From Felis catus (taxonomy: Eukaryota): a stretch of 64,000 bases of DNA. Below, in pieces: positions 49,876 through 61,724 of the stretch. Under the pieces are notes generated by a model. The model was not told where the DNA came from, did not search any database, and saw only the letters and a program-made list of their open reading frames with translations. A program made the translations under genes and the position numbers. Each line of letters begins with the position of its first letter. The stretch's first letter is position 1. The stretch covers positions 81,284,001 to 81,348,000 of the forward strand of contig NC_058368.1 of assembly GCF_018350175.1 (NCBI RefSeq), written 5' to 3'.

Positions 49876-52100
49876 GGACGCGGGGACTCTGCGGCCCGCG
49901 CCCACGACGCGCGACGAGGGAGCGCGCGGCCCGCCCCGGGCGGCCTTGCTTTTGTACAGACGTTTCCACGTTCTTGTAAAGAGGAAGGCACTGGCGACGA
50001 GCGCGGGCGACCCGCGGCCCCCACCTCCCCTTTGCGGGAGCTCCTGGGGACCCGCCGGGCGCAGACACCGCCGTGCGGTCTAGGCCGACTTCGGGGCTTT
50101 CTTGAGACTTTTTGTACAGTATTTATCACTCACGGAGGAGGCGGAAAGCGTTTTCTTTGCGCGAGGGGACAAAGGCCAAACCAAGCGAGAGGCGACTCCC
50201 AACTTTTCTATCCCGGCCGGCGCGCCCCCTCACCCTGCACCGCTTCCTGGCGCCGTTTGGTCGCCCGAGACCCGAGGCTCGGTGCCGGGAGCTGTGCTCG
50301 TTCGTTATTGATGTAGTGAGGCAGATCCAGACACTTAACGACTTTTTTGTAGTTGTTACCGCTTTTTTTTCCCCCCCTTTTTTCTTTTTTTCTTTTTGGT
50401 TGGTTAATTTATACACAGATCTCCCCAGTGCTTTCGGGTGGCCGCGTTATATTCTGGGTTTTGTAAAACTTTCTGTATCTGAGCATTTCCATTTTTTTTT
50501 GTTTTGTATTATTTCTTGTAAATGCATTGTGAAATTTTTATTTTCGGCGTTGCGGTGTGGGGAGGGGGATTCAGATTATGTACATAATTTCCTAAAAAGC
50601 CTTTCTTCTAAAAACGAAAAAAGACCTCTCCTTAAAACAAAAAATGCATCGAGTTTTGAGTCAATAAATTTGAGAGAGAAAGAGGGAGAAAAAAGCCCAG
50701 TTTTCCCCTGTAATTGGAACGTGCTAATTTTATATGCATGTTTTGTGACTTTAAAATACAATCAGTAAATCAGAAGAAGGAGAAAGAGGCGTTATCAGCA
50801 TAAACTAAAAGTGAGAGACTCCCCGGGGGAGGGGGGTGTGTGTGTGGGGGGGGGAGATACGATCTTCATGGAGCTCCCTTCAGTGGAAGGGAAGAAACTT
50901 AAAATCGATAGATGGTTTTGTAGCATTTACAGTGTTAATACGGATCAAGAAATAATGACCAGGTTTCTAGTCTGGCCCTTTGGTGTGTTGTTTCTAACCG
51001 CGGGCCCACATGGCTGCTTCTGCGTCCCCGCAGCCTAGGATCTCTGCCGAAGTTTGGTCTGCAGGACGAAGGAGACCCCGATGGCGGCACCAGGCCCCGG
51101 ACGGATGACCTCCGTGGGGTCACGGAGGCCTCCAATTGCCCCACAAGTAACAAGATTGCAAATGGAATTTATCTGAATTTGTCTCAAGGGAACACACTTG
51201 GAACCAAAATGTAGTGCAACCGAGCCCCCTCCGTCCCTCCTCAGCCCCTCCCTCTGGCTTCTTTCTCCTTGGGAAAGGGCAAACCGATCAAGAATTCTCT
51301 CTCTTTCTCTCCCCCCCCCCCAACATAAATACACAGCACACTCACTCTGTACACTCACTCCACCACCCCCCTACCCGCAGAGTGAACTGGGATACACAAA
51401 ATGTGTTTGTTATTCCTAAGGAGATCAGAGGGTGTTTGATGCTTTAAATTTTTTAATTATATTTTTTCTAGGTGTTTATGGGTACACTGCAGTTTTTTCT
51501 GGAATTTCAAGTTTTCTGTAAAACTTTGTCTTCAAGTAACCTGACAGCATTAAATACTGCATTTAAAAGTTATACTGTAGCAAATACGTTTTGAAATTAG
51601 TCACAACATAAAGATGAAGTTACGTTCTGGGGGAGAAAAAAAAGCCCTGAGGCCACATCAAAACACGTTGACTTCATCAGCTTTAGGCCTCCTCCTTCAT
51701 TTTCTTTTCTTGTCCTGGAATGAGCAGAGACCATCTCTCCAAAAATGGGCCTGTGCTCCTAGGTTAACGAGAACCTCCTTCAGCCTGCGTTGGAGAATAG
51801 CTTTAAGTAAAACGCTAAACTGGCAATTGACATGTGTCTTTTTTGGAGTCGTTTTGATAATTTGGCTTAAACCATGCATTTTTTAAAGTGACTGCAAAAA
51901 TTTCAGGAACGATGTCCACTGCTTCTTTCTAACAGATAATAAAGTCCCCTCTTTTTTTCTCTTTTCTTTTATTTAAGCAATCTGATCCTTTGTGACACGG
52001 TGGCCCTTGAAAGTGTTTGGATATGTGTGGATTGCTGAGTGGCACAGCATCAGGAAGTAGTCTGGGGATACATGAATAAATGCCACACAACCCTCTGGGA
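49876..52100 (+). other. SOX1: SOX1 3'UTR with candidate polyadenylation signals
   Basis: U-rich sequence after the stop codon; AATAAA at 50663-50668, 51938-51943 and 52075-52080. The true 3' end cannot be fixed from sequence alone. Confidence 0.6.
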
Positions 52101-52879
52101 GATGCTTTGGGAAATTCGGTAATGCTCTGCTAATTCACCACACCCAGCTTAAGGAGCGGGCCACATGGCTCTGAAACGTAGGTTAAACGGACTCTCTCCG
52201 TGCTTTTGCTAACCCTAATCCCAAATGTCCCCGCACTTATTAAAGCGGCACACAGATGTGTGGTTGTGGCCACAAGTGTGTACGCCCCTGGTTGGTATCT
52301 GTGCTCAGCCACTGGCATCCAGATCCTGGCTCATCCCCCGTATTAGTGATGTGGTCACACTCGTGTGTCAGACTGAGAAGTGTAGCACCGGGCAGGAGTT
52401 CTGGACACAGCTGTCCCTGGGTCTCCCCGAAGGTGGATGTAGGACATTTTCCCGCCTGTGCGGCATACAGAGCCGAAATTCAATGCCAGGTGCTGGGAGC
52501 CACTTCTGTTAAAAACCCAGGAAGATCTTAACATAGGAATTCCTAAAATCCCGCGAAATTTGTTGTGTTGATTAGAACGACATGGAGAAAAGCAAATAGA
52601 GATCCGTGAATGACTCCATTAAAAATAAGCCGGGATGGGGGGAGCAGCCGGTGGCTGGGATGCACGTCGGGGCTGAGACCCTGGCTCTCCAGCAGCGTTT
52701 GTGCGGTTTACACTCGTGGAGAAAATATCCCACTAGGCCCTGGAGATGGCTCGCTCGCCTGCGAATTTGGTTCTCGTCAAGGTTCCTCCTCATGACATTC
52801 AGGAAACCAACCGGGATCTGAGGACTCTGATATGATGGCTTCATTCACTCCCCCAATCACAGGGTGCTTGTTCTCCCCA

Positions 52880-55280
52880 CAGCTTCGTCCCGTCTTTGCT
52901 GCAGAACCTGGCGCAGAACGCGGACAGGACTCGCTGGGGAGCCGGGTGCAAAGTTTGCAGAACTTGGCGCAGAAGGCGGTTCTAGCCGCGGGTGGCACGG
53001 TTTGCCGCGGGGGGGGGGGGGAGTTGTCTGGTTTCCCACCACCTGTATTTAAAACGAACAGGCCCTTTTTGTGGCTGCCCTTGGGACTTGACTCCAGCCC
53101 CCCCGCGCCCGGCCCGGGAATCCCACAGTAGCGAGATGCCATGCACTGGCCGGAGAACCAGCGCCGGCAGGCGCGCCCGTTCTGCAGATGTGGGTCGGGA
53201 GCTTGGCTGACGGGTCTATTAAAGGCGCGCGTGGGAGAAGGCTCGCACGCACGTTCACGCAGTTCTTTTTCCCGACAAAGACTCGGCCACGCAGAGCTCT
53301 GTCTCCGGAAAATTCCGCTTAATTCGAGAAAGCATCCGGGGCCCCGGGAGGCGCGATCCAGGGCGGCCGGGCTCCGGCACCCGCCGCCCGCCCGCGGCCC
53401 CCCTCCCCGCGGCCCCTCCCGGCTCCCCCCTCCCGGCTTCCGCAGCCTGGCCCGCGGGGCAGAGGCTCCAGAAACGTCGGCGGCAGAATGTAATAATAGG
53501 TTTGATTCCTTGGAAACTTCAAGTGAAAAGCAGACTTGGCCTTGGCGCAGCCCCTTTTCCAGCACGACTCTTCGGCGGGATTGAAATGCTGGGCCAGAGA
53601 GGAGGGGAGAGGGGCGCAGGCCCCCGGGGCGAGCAGCCGAGGGGGGTGGGTCCGGTCCCCGCCCCCGGGGCCTGCAGGGTCGCCCCCCAGCCCGACAGCG
53701 GGGCCCGGCGGAGAGGGAGGGGGGCTCGGAGCCCGCGTCCCCGCCCCTCCTCCGCCCCCCGCCCGGCCCTTCCCCTCCAGCTGCGCGCCGCCCGCCCCCG
53801 GGAACCCAGCGGCGTGGGCGGCGGGGCGCTGGGGGCGCGGCCCGGGTCCCCTCCCGGCGGGGGGCGGGGGCGGCCGGCCTCCGGCCCCGCTCGCCGCCCT
53901 TCCCAGGCCCTGCTCCGGCGGAGCCCCGGCCGGGACGGCTCCCTGGCCTTCGCGCCCCGCTTGCGTCCTCCCCTCTCCGCGGTGCGCACCCCTTCCCGGC
54001 CCGCCAGCCGCCCGCCTCCCTCCGCCTTTACCTCCGTCCCCTCCCGCCTCCGACTCAGTCCCTTCCTTTCTCCGCGCGCCCGGCCTCCCTTTGTCCTCGC
54101 CGCGTCCGTCTCCGCCCCGCGCCCCGGCTGCTGCTGCCGCCGAGTCGGGTCGGGGTCGGCCGGTACCCGGACGTGGCCCGTCGCCCCCCGCTTGCTCGGC
54201 CGCGTCCCCACCGGCTCGCGCGGGAGGGGCGGGGACCCCGGCAGCGACCCGGAGCCCCGCGTCCGGGCCGCCCCGACCCTCCCGGTGCAGCCTGGGCTCC
54301 GGGGCTGGCGGTGTCAGCCGCGGGGGATTAAGGTGACTGATGCGAGGGAAGAGGCAGAGTGTTTTTGTGTTTAAAGAGAGCGGGATTAGTAGAGAGAAAG
54401 TCCTGACCCGGGGTCAGCTGCAAGTCAAACCCTTTTACAATCAGCGGGCGGAACAAGCGCGTCTCCGGGCCGGGCCGCAACACGTGGGGGGAAGGCGGCG
54501 GGGCGGAGGGCGGCGGGGGGGGGGGAGAGGGGGACCCGTACCCCCAGACTGCGGCATCCCCGGACTGTGGGGTGGAGAGCGGGGGGGGGGAGGGACATGG
54601 GGGTCCGCACCCCCGGACTGCGGGATGGAGGGCAGGGGGAGGTGAGGGTCCACAACCCCGGACTGTGGGGTAGAGGGCAGGGGGAGAGGGGGGCCCGCAC
54701 CCCCGGATTGCGGGGTGGAGGGCGGGAGGAGGTGAGGGTCCGCACCCCCCGGACTGTGGGGGGGAGAGGGGGGGCCCGCACCCCTGGATTGCGGGGTTGG
54801 AGGGCAGGGGGAGGTGAGGGTCCGCACCCCCGGAATGCCAGGTGAAGGGCTGGGGGAGAGGGGATCCGCACCCCCGGACTGCGGGGTGGAGGGCGGGGGG
54901 AGAGGGGGCCGAGATTAGGGACTGGCACTCCTGGCCAGAGCGCGCACTGGACCGGGCGAACGGAGGGGGCGCGGGGGGGGGGGGTCGCGAATCACCGCGG
55001 TGCGGGTTCGGAGCTTTGCAGGGTGGGATTAGCTGCCCATCAGAATTCCTTCCAAGCCGGAATGCCTGCGTCTGCCGTTTCCTGGGCCGTCTCCCGCTGC
55101 TCCTCGGATGGGAGCCTGGGGAGAAGGCCTGATGGGCTCCCTGCTTTAGGGGCTCTGTCTTACTAAAGCAGCTCTTTTTCCGTAAGAAACCCAAACCGAA
55201 AGCCCAGGCCCTGGGGCGAGGGGCGCTTCCCGGCCTCCCGTCCAGAACCGTGGCCTCACTTAGGCCCTTGCAAACCCAGA
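52880..55280. promoter_or_regulatory. Downstream CpG island
   Basis: Dense CpG/GC; includes a G-rich minisatellite. Confidence 0.85.
54530..54910 (+). repeat. G-rich ~45-bp minisatellite, ~8 copies
   Basis: Unit GGGTCCGCACCCCCGGACTGCGGGGTGGAGGGCAGGGGGAGGTGA with variation. Confidence 0.88.
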
Positions 55281-56859
55281 TCGGAGGCGGAGGCGTGTAG
55301 CAGTGAGGGCGGGGGGAATATGTTAGGACCCCCATTGTCCATCAGGGTGGAGGAGTGAGGCCCTCATTTGGGTTATAAACCAGGCGTTTTTCATCAGGGA
55401 GTGAAATCCCCTGGCGGCGGGTGGGGGTGGGGCGCTGACCTCAAAAGTAATGAAAACTGGAGTTTGGGGGGAAGGATGAGAGGGGTCAGGAGAAAAGAAC
55501 AGAACAGAGATAAATTTGTCTTCCTTAGCAGTCAGGTTCAGAATTTATGCTTAAGTAACACCAAGTTTTGACAAATATGAAAAACAAGGGAAAACACGAC
55601 AAGCAAACTATCCATCCCATATAGAAAAAGGTCATCTATCTTGGTAAACAAACAAACAAACAAAAAATCCAGGATTGGCACACTTTTCTCTAAGTTGGCT
55701 TTTCGTCTTTAAATGTGAAAACATCGACACCAAATTGAGAGAGAGAAAGCAGGCTTACAAACACCACAAAAGGAGGGACTGGGAGTGAACCCAGGCCCTT
55801 CCTGGGGCAACACCGGGTGCCCTGGCGGCACATGGGCTCCGGGTTCAAAACCAAGTAGCCAAAACTCGCCAAGTAGCTCAGGAACTTGCTAAATGTAACC
55901 GATGGGGAAAATTGGTCTGTGACAAAAACTCTGGACTCTGAGAGTAATTCTGGATGCCCGGCAGGCAGCTCCAAGGCTTTAATTGCCGGCAGCCACTTCA
56001 GAGCAGCCACGCGGGCACATTAAAGACGTTTGTCAAGAACAGGTCACATGCAAAGTCTCGAAATAGTCAGCCAGTCAAATCAGTGGAAAAAATCAGCTTT
56101 TGTTAGATTTTGCAGCTTCAGGAATTAGGCATTCACTGCAGAGCTGCGGTTTTGAGAAATTGCAATGTCAGGCATGTTCCCAATGGGGAAATATTGTGAA
56201 CGTGGAGGAATGTAAGATTGGGTCTGACAATGGGGAAACTGACAAGAGGTATCACCCAGACATTGTTTTCTCTCTGAGCACCCCGAAATGCTAACTAGAG
56301 ACGATATCTAGAGGCAGCAATAGCACTCGCAGTTCGTCCTACGCACTTGAGACCTACGGAAACAAGAGTCTCACCGGCCTGGAGTACTGACCCAGGACTT
56401 CCTACGATGAATCCCAGAATGTAGGGCAAAGTACCCGATAGGTAGACACAACCACAAACACGACACCAGCAGGAAGAAATTCAAAGCAGAGGCCAACTTG
56501 TCTTTTTATTTCTAAGCAACAGAATAGGAGGAGAGCCAGGCGAGCGTCCTTTAACCCGGAAAAGAATTTAGAACCCTCTTGCTTTTAAGTCATCCAAACT
56601 ATCGGGGGAATTTTCAGGACATGGAAAAGCCCAAACTTCAGCAGTAAATTTACCGTGAATTTCCGCGTAGAGATCGACGCAGAAGCTTCGCTCTTTGTGT
56701 TCAAAACCGAACTGAAGAGTGAAGTTGATTCCTGTAAAAATTGGCTATTTGCGTTTTCACCCTACAGGGAAATGACAGATGTGTGCTCAAAGAAAAGGAA
56801 GAATTTAGGTGAAAAGTTAGTCAATATGGTATTTGTCGTATTTCTAATGTCTGTTGAAC

Positions 56860-57095
56860 CGTAGCACAGCAACATGGGAAAGAATACAGGATTTGGAGGA
56901 AGACAGGATTGCAGTTGAATCCAGGCTTGGCATGTGTCAGCTCATTGCCCTTGATCAAGTGTCCTTCTTCTGAGTCCATTTTCTCATATGCAAAAAAGAA
57001 AGACTAGAACCCACTTCATAAGAATATGGTCAGGATTAATGATGTAAGGAGCATGCTGCGTCTAGCAAAGAGTAGACCGTCAGTAAGTGGTCACT
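56860..57095 (+). mobile_element. MIR SINE relic
   Basis: GTTGAATCCAGGCT...CTTGATCAAGT...TCTGAGTCCATTTTCTCATATGCAAAA...AGGATTAATGA. Confidence 0.7.
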
Positions 57096-58957
57096 TGACA
57101 TAGAAGCCTGTGTCGGCCCGGGCAGGGGTACAGTGGGACATCAATGCCAAATTTGGCCTGAGTGGGAGCAGTGTTAATTGTATGCGCCAATACAGTGCGC
57201 CGATATATTCATATTAATAACAACCCGTCTTTAGAGTTACGTGACAACCATCCTATTCATTCATTCATCTGTTCAACAAATACCAGTTATGGGCACATTG
57301 TACATCCAGGTTATCACAGGAGCACGTGTGTGTGTGTGTGTGTGTGTGGCCAGGTGCTGGGGCTCACTACCCAGTGGGTGGGACTCATTGTCACATGAAC
57401 GAGTACGTTATTGAGGGCGACAGTTGGGGGGCAGAGGTATCTGCTTCATGCTGCCTGATCATTCGTGCCCCATTTGGGGGAATCAGGGAAGGCTTCTCAG
57501 AGGAAGTGAAAGATGGAAGCCGGACATCCTGGTGCTGCTCCAACATTCCCTGTCGCCAGTCTTGACACGAGGCGTAGGCACTGCATTTCTGTACACACCA
57601 GTGAAGAGTGCCACATAAATTTGAGCAGAGGATACACGAGAACCGCTTTGTTTTTCAGTGAACTGCTAATGCAGATTGGCTCTGAGCTGTCAAAGATGTA
57701 GACTCAGAGGTTCACTCTGGCAGCGGGCTCCCGTCTTCAGGGTGCACAGGACACGGGAGAGCTTGCTTCACATCCAGAATCAAAGACCCCGTGCCCCTGA
57801 CAGGCCAAGCCTGGGGTTCCAGTGACACCCGGGATCTGCACCATCATAGGCACACCCAGACGAGGTGAGACGGGTCCTGCGTGATACTGGGAAACCGGTG
57901 TCAGGGGAGAGGCCCCCAAATTTGTATGATAAATAGAGCTGCTAAAGCTGTGTCTAGATCATTTAAATTCAAGTAGCGATTTATTACTTATAAAGTGCTC
58001 TTACCTAATTGTTCAATTACATGACTTTTGAAAAAAATTGAATTAGCGAGAGAAGAAAAAAATTTAAGCTGGATTATTAGAATGTCATAAAGAGGAAGGA
58101 CTGACTGATTTACTGCCTTTATTTTCTGTTTTCCAACAAATCGTTCTGGCTGCCTGTAAAGAACTTTGCCGCTCCTGAACCACAGTTAACGTGAAAACAC
58201 CACGAGCATATACCACGCACTCGCCTTTTGCTTTTCAGGGGCCAAAGCATTCGTGTCGGTTAGCTGAGAGTAATTTTAGTGGCACGTGACATGGAAGGAG
58301 GGACATTTAATAGTGCCCATGAGATGGGATAAATCAGCTTAACTGGATAGGTCATGATTATAACAAAGTGCGGTATCATTAGTTTCTCCATACTGTCATC
58401 TGTGAAATGGGAATATTTTGTTGTTAAAAAACCTTGATCCATTCACTACTTTAAACATCTTTGTGCAAATCGAGGGGCTGCCGTATGAACAAGTAAGCTG
58501 TATACACGGGCTGTGCTACATCTACAAAGCACGCAGTTCTGCTTTATGGACGTCCCTATTACCGCCGATCACAGTAAAGACCGCATTCCTGCTGTTGACA
58601 GACACAGATGTGGATTAAGGTGTGGTTGTGGGAGAAATCGTGACCTATGTGAATGGCATGTGAGAAAATAAATTTTAAATACAAGATAATGAGAGAAAAT
58701 GTTCCATAAAAAAGAATCAAAACTGTGTTGGTAATCTAAGAATTCCAGTATGGGTTTTAGGTAATTTCAGGACACAAGGTGTCGTTCAGGAAGTCTAATA
58801 ATCTATGCATTTTAACTATAGCTTTTTGGAGACAGTGACTTTGCCTTTGTTGACTAAATCATTCATAATTTTAACAGATGAGAATGTCAGGCCAGACACT
58901 CAGGCCCCTGTAGATAGTGGGGAGGGCGGAGTTTCTTAAACTGACTCGTTCTGAATA

Positions 58958-59770
58958 TTATCACATGTGATTAATACCACTGTTGCCCCTAGTGCCACCA
59001 TCACGTGCATGTCCCTTTTCTGTTCCCCACAACACCCAGAACGGGGGATGCTCTGTCACCACGTGGCGAATCCAGAGGAAAGAAAATCCTGCACTCGGAA
59101 AGGAGGCATGTGCAGGAGCGGAGTTGTTTATATTGGAGCCAATGAAATGAAGAGAGAAGAATAAAAATTGAGCAAAGTAAAAATCTAGGGTGGCTCTGAC
59201 CACAGGATTGCTCCTGGCCAACACCATCAGACTCAGCCTCTGTGGGGACAGTTGGGAGAGGTCCTGGGGCTGCCAGCATTTACAACCAAAAGGGTCACAA
59301 AGCTACTGACCGTATTTTAGTAGGTCCTTAGCATATGGGCTTACGTGTCAGTATGTCACCTGTAATTCTCTCCGAGATGCACGGATTTAAATTTGGTTAT
59401 GATAATCTGAGTAAGATACTAATGTAAAAAACTTTCCTGATCATTAAAAAAAAATTGTTTTAGTCTTTCAAAGTTAGAATACTACTGGAAATGTATTCTC
59501 AATTTTAAAATATGAACTATGAAATTTGGAAAACAAACTAAAGTATGCACTTGCTAAGGGGAATTATATAAAAGCCTTGAGATAATTAAACCATATTTTA
59601 TTCCCCAAAACAAATATATCACCTGTAGGCACTACTTGCAGAACGCTAAAATTGTATTTAAAATCACAGCTCAAATTTGATTATGCATGTGCATTAAAAA
59701 TAGATCATTTAAAATCAAGCTACAAGCTACAAGTTCAATATAAATATGAACAAATTAAGTTTTAACTGAA
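58958..59770 (+). repeat. Large inverted repeat, left arm
   Basis: Reverse complement aligns to 61725-62243 plus 62701-63004. Confidence 0.93.
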
Positions 59771-61724
59771 TTTGAAACAGTTATGATTATAAGAAATCAG
59801 GTTTGGAAAAAAAAAACATAACATTTACAATAACATTTTAAGGTGAAGTCGTCACATTAGGGATTTATTTAAACTTAACGTCCAGAAAGGGGCCAGACCA
59901 GCATGCTTCTGCCTGAAACCCTGCCAGAGAGGAGAGCCCCCAACAGCCTCGTGCAGGTGAAGTCTTCGCCGGCCAGAACAGCTTTGGAGAGAGCAGGTAT
60001 ACCCCTGGCAGTGACCACATGGAAGGCCTCACTCCCAACATCACCAAGGCTCCTGGAGACCAGAAACTGATTGGCTTGATTCCCCACCATCAGCAGAGTT
60101 CCGAGCACCTCGTACGGGGAAAGCAGCCATTCACCGAAGTGAATCCATGCAGAAGGGCACACGTAGGGGTATAGGCTGCTGACAAGGAACCAGAGAGAGC
60201 AAGGCTGGCCTCAGCCGGGGCCCCCTGCATCCCCAGGGGAGGGCCCAGTGTCACGTGTGATGGTGTGAAGGAGAGAAGGCCCCTCGGGGACTCAGCATAG
60301 TGCCTGCCACATCTCAGGACACGGGGAGCAGTAGTGTCTTTGTGGCCGCTGTTTTTGTGGTTCTTCGGGAGATACAGAACGCAAAATCGAGGCTGGAGAG
60401 CAGGACACGCCCTCCCGTGGCCTGGTGCTGAGGCAGCAGAGGCTCCGGAAGAGTAAAGCTCTCTCACCTCCATGTCCCATAAAACGGGACTGAGGGGCAG
60501 TGGAGGCCACGGGGCTTGTATTTCAATTCTGAATTCCCCAAGACCTGCTCTGTGATTCGGCAGGTAGTGGGGTGCAGGGAATGTTTGTTAGTCAAGTGAG
60601 GTGTTATGACTGTTGTATTGCGTTGTGCAGCGTTGTGTCTTGCGGTTTCATGCTGTGCTGTTTCGTGTTCTGTTGAGGTCAAGGGGTTCTCTCAGGACCA
60701 TCAGGGCAAAGTCACACCCGGCGTGCAGAGATGGTCCAGGCACCTGGCGAAAAGGAAGCATGGCAGGGACGAGGCGGTCACCTCCGGGGCTGCAAGGCAG
60801 AACTGGGAGCCTCCTGGTAGGAGTCACACAGTGGGGACATTACCTCTTCCTGCTTTAATCATACAACTAGCAAGGAACCTAGGAAAGAGCTTATGGGGAC
60901 CCGCCTCACGGCAGTGACCCTGACGTGGAAATAGGTTGGCAGCTGGCCGGTCCCAGCCAGCACTGTCTCCAGATGCTCACCTTCTCGCTCTTCTTCGTAA
61001 CAATCCTTGTCGCAGTGTGAATCTGACCTGTAACCTGCTTGTGTGTCTGAAATGTACAAACCTGGGAAGGTACTTCCTATAATTAGAGTGGTGGGTGTCG
61101 GACCGTGCAGAGGGAGGCACAGGGCACCCGTACTTGGGGACAGGATGGGCCCAGTGCCCTGTCCCAACTCTGTCCCTACTGTGCTTTCCCACACTGTGAG
61201 CAGAGGCACCCTGGGGGCCCCCGCAGAATCAGAGAGACTGCTCAGGATGTTTACACTCCAAGGGAACACAAGAATCCTGGCCACTCGATCAGATGCCATG
61301 TGCACCCTGCTTCAAGGTAGTCCACCATCTGAACGTTCCTTTCTGGCCAGATCCCTCTGCTGGCATCTGATCTTCGTGAAACTGGGTTTTCAGCAGCTGC
61401 TGTGTCAAAAGTAATTTGCATGGGAAACTCGGAGTGGACCCAGAAAGGAGGTATCAGGGTCCAACCTGATCCCACGTTGGCAGAGGCGTGCAATATGCAG
61501 ACTGTACACACGGCCGCTGATCAATAATTGTGGCTGATGGGGAGCAAAGTGAAAGTGAATACTTTTTCACTCAATTTATGTAATTAAAAAATTGTCACTG
61601 AGTTATTAGCACATACGTGTTTATTAAGTTGTTTAGACTTACCTACTTAACAATCAGAACCGTTAGATACGTCTTTTGGCCTGGGGCACTCTAAATAATT
61701 ACTGGAATGCTAAGAGGGCGCTAA

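Larger units (their letters stand above)
46550..50300. promoter_or_regulatory. Main SOX1 CpG island (promoter, leader, CDS, proximal 3'UTR)
   Basis: Continuous extreme GC/CpG density across the gene. Confidence 0.92.

Noticed and set aside
47890..49905. 671-aa antisense ORF over SOX1
   Set aside because: Shadow of GC-rich SOX1 codon usage; low-complexity Arg/Ala/Gly product with no domain.
52777..55335. Long Pro/Gly/Arg ORFs in the downstream island
   Set aside because: Explained by GC content and the 45-bp minisatellite.
58961..59227. Duplicated ORF peptide (RATLDF.FA.FLFFS.HFIGSNINNS) as a gene pair
   Set aside because: A by-product of the inverted repeat; no consistent start or splice structure and no known domain.
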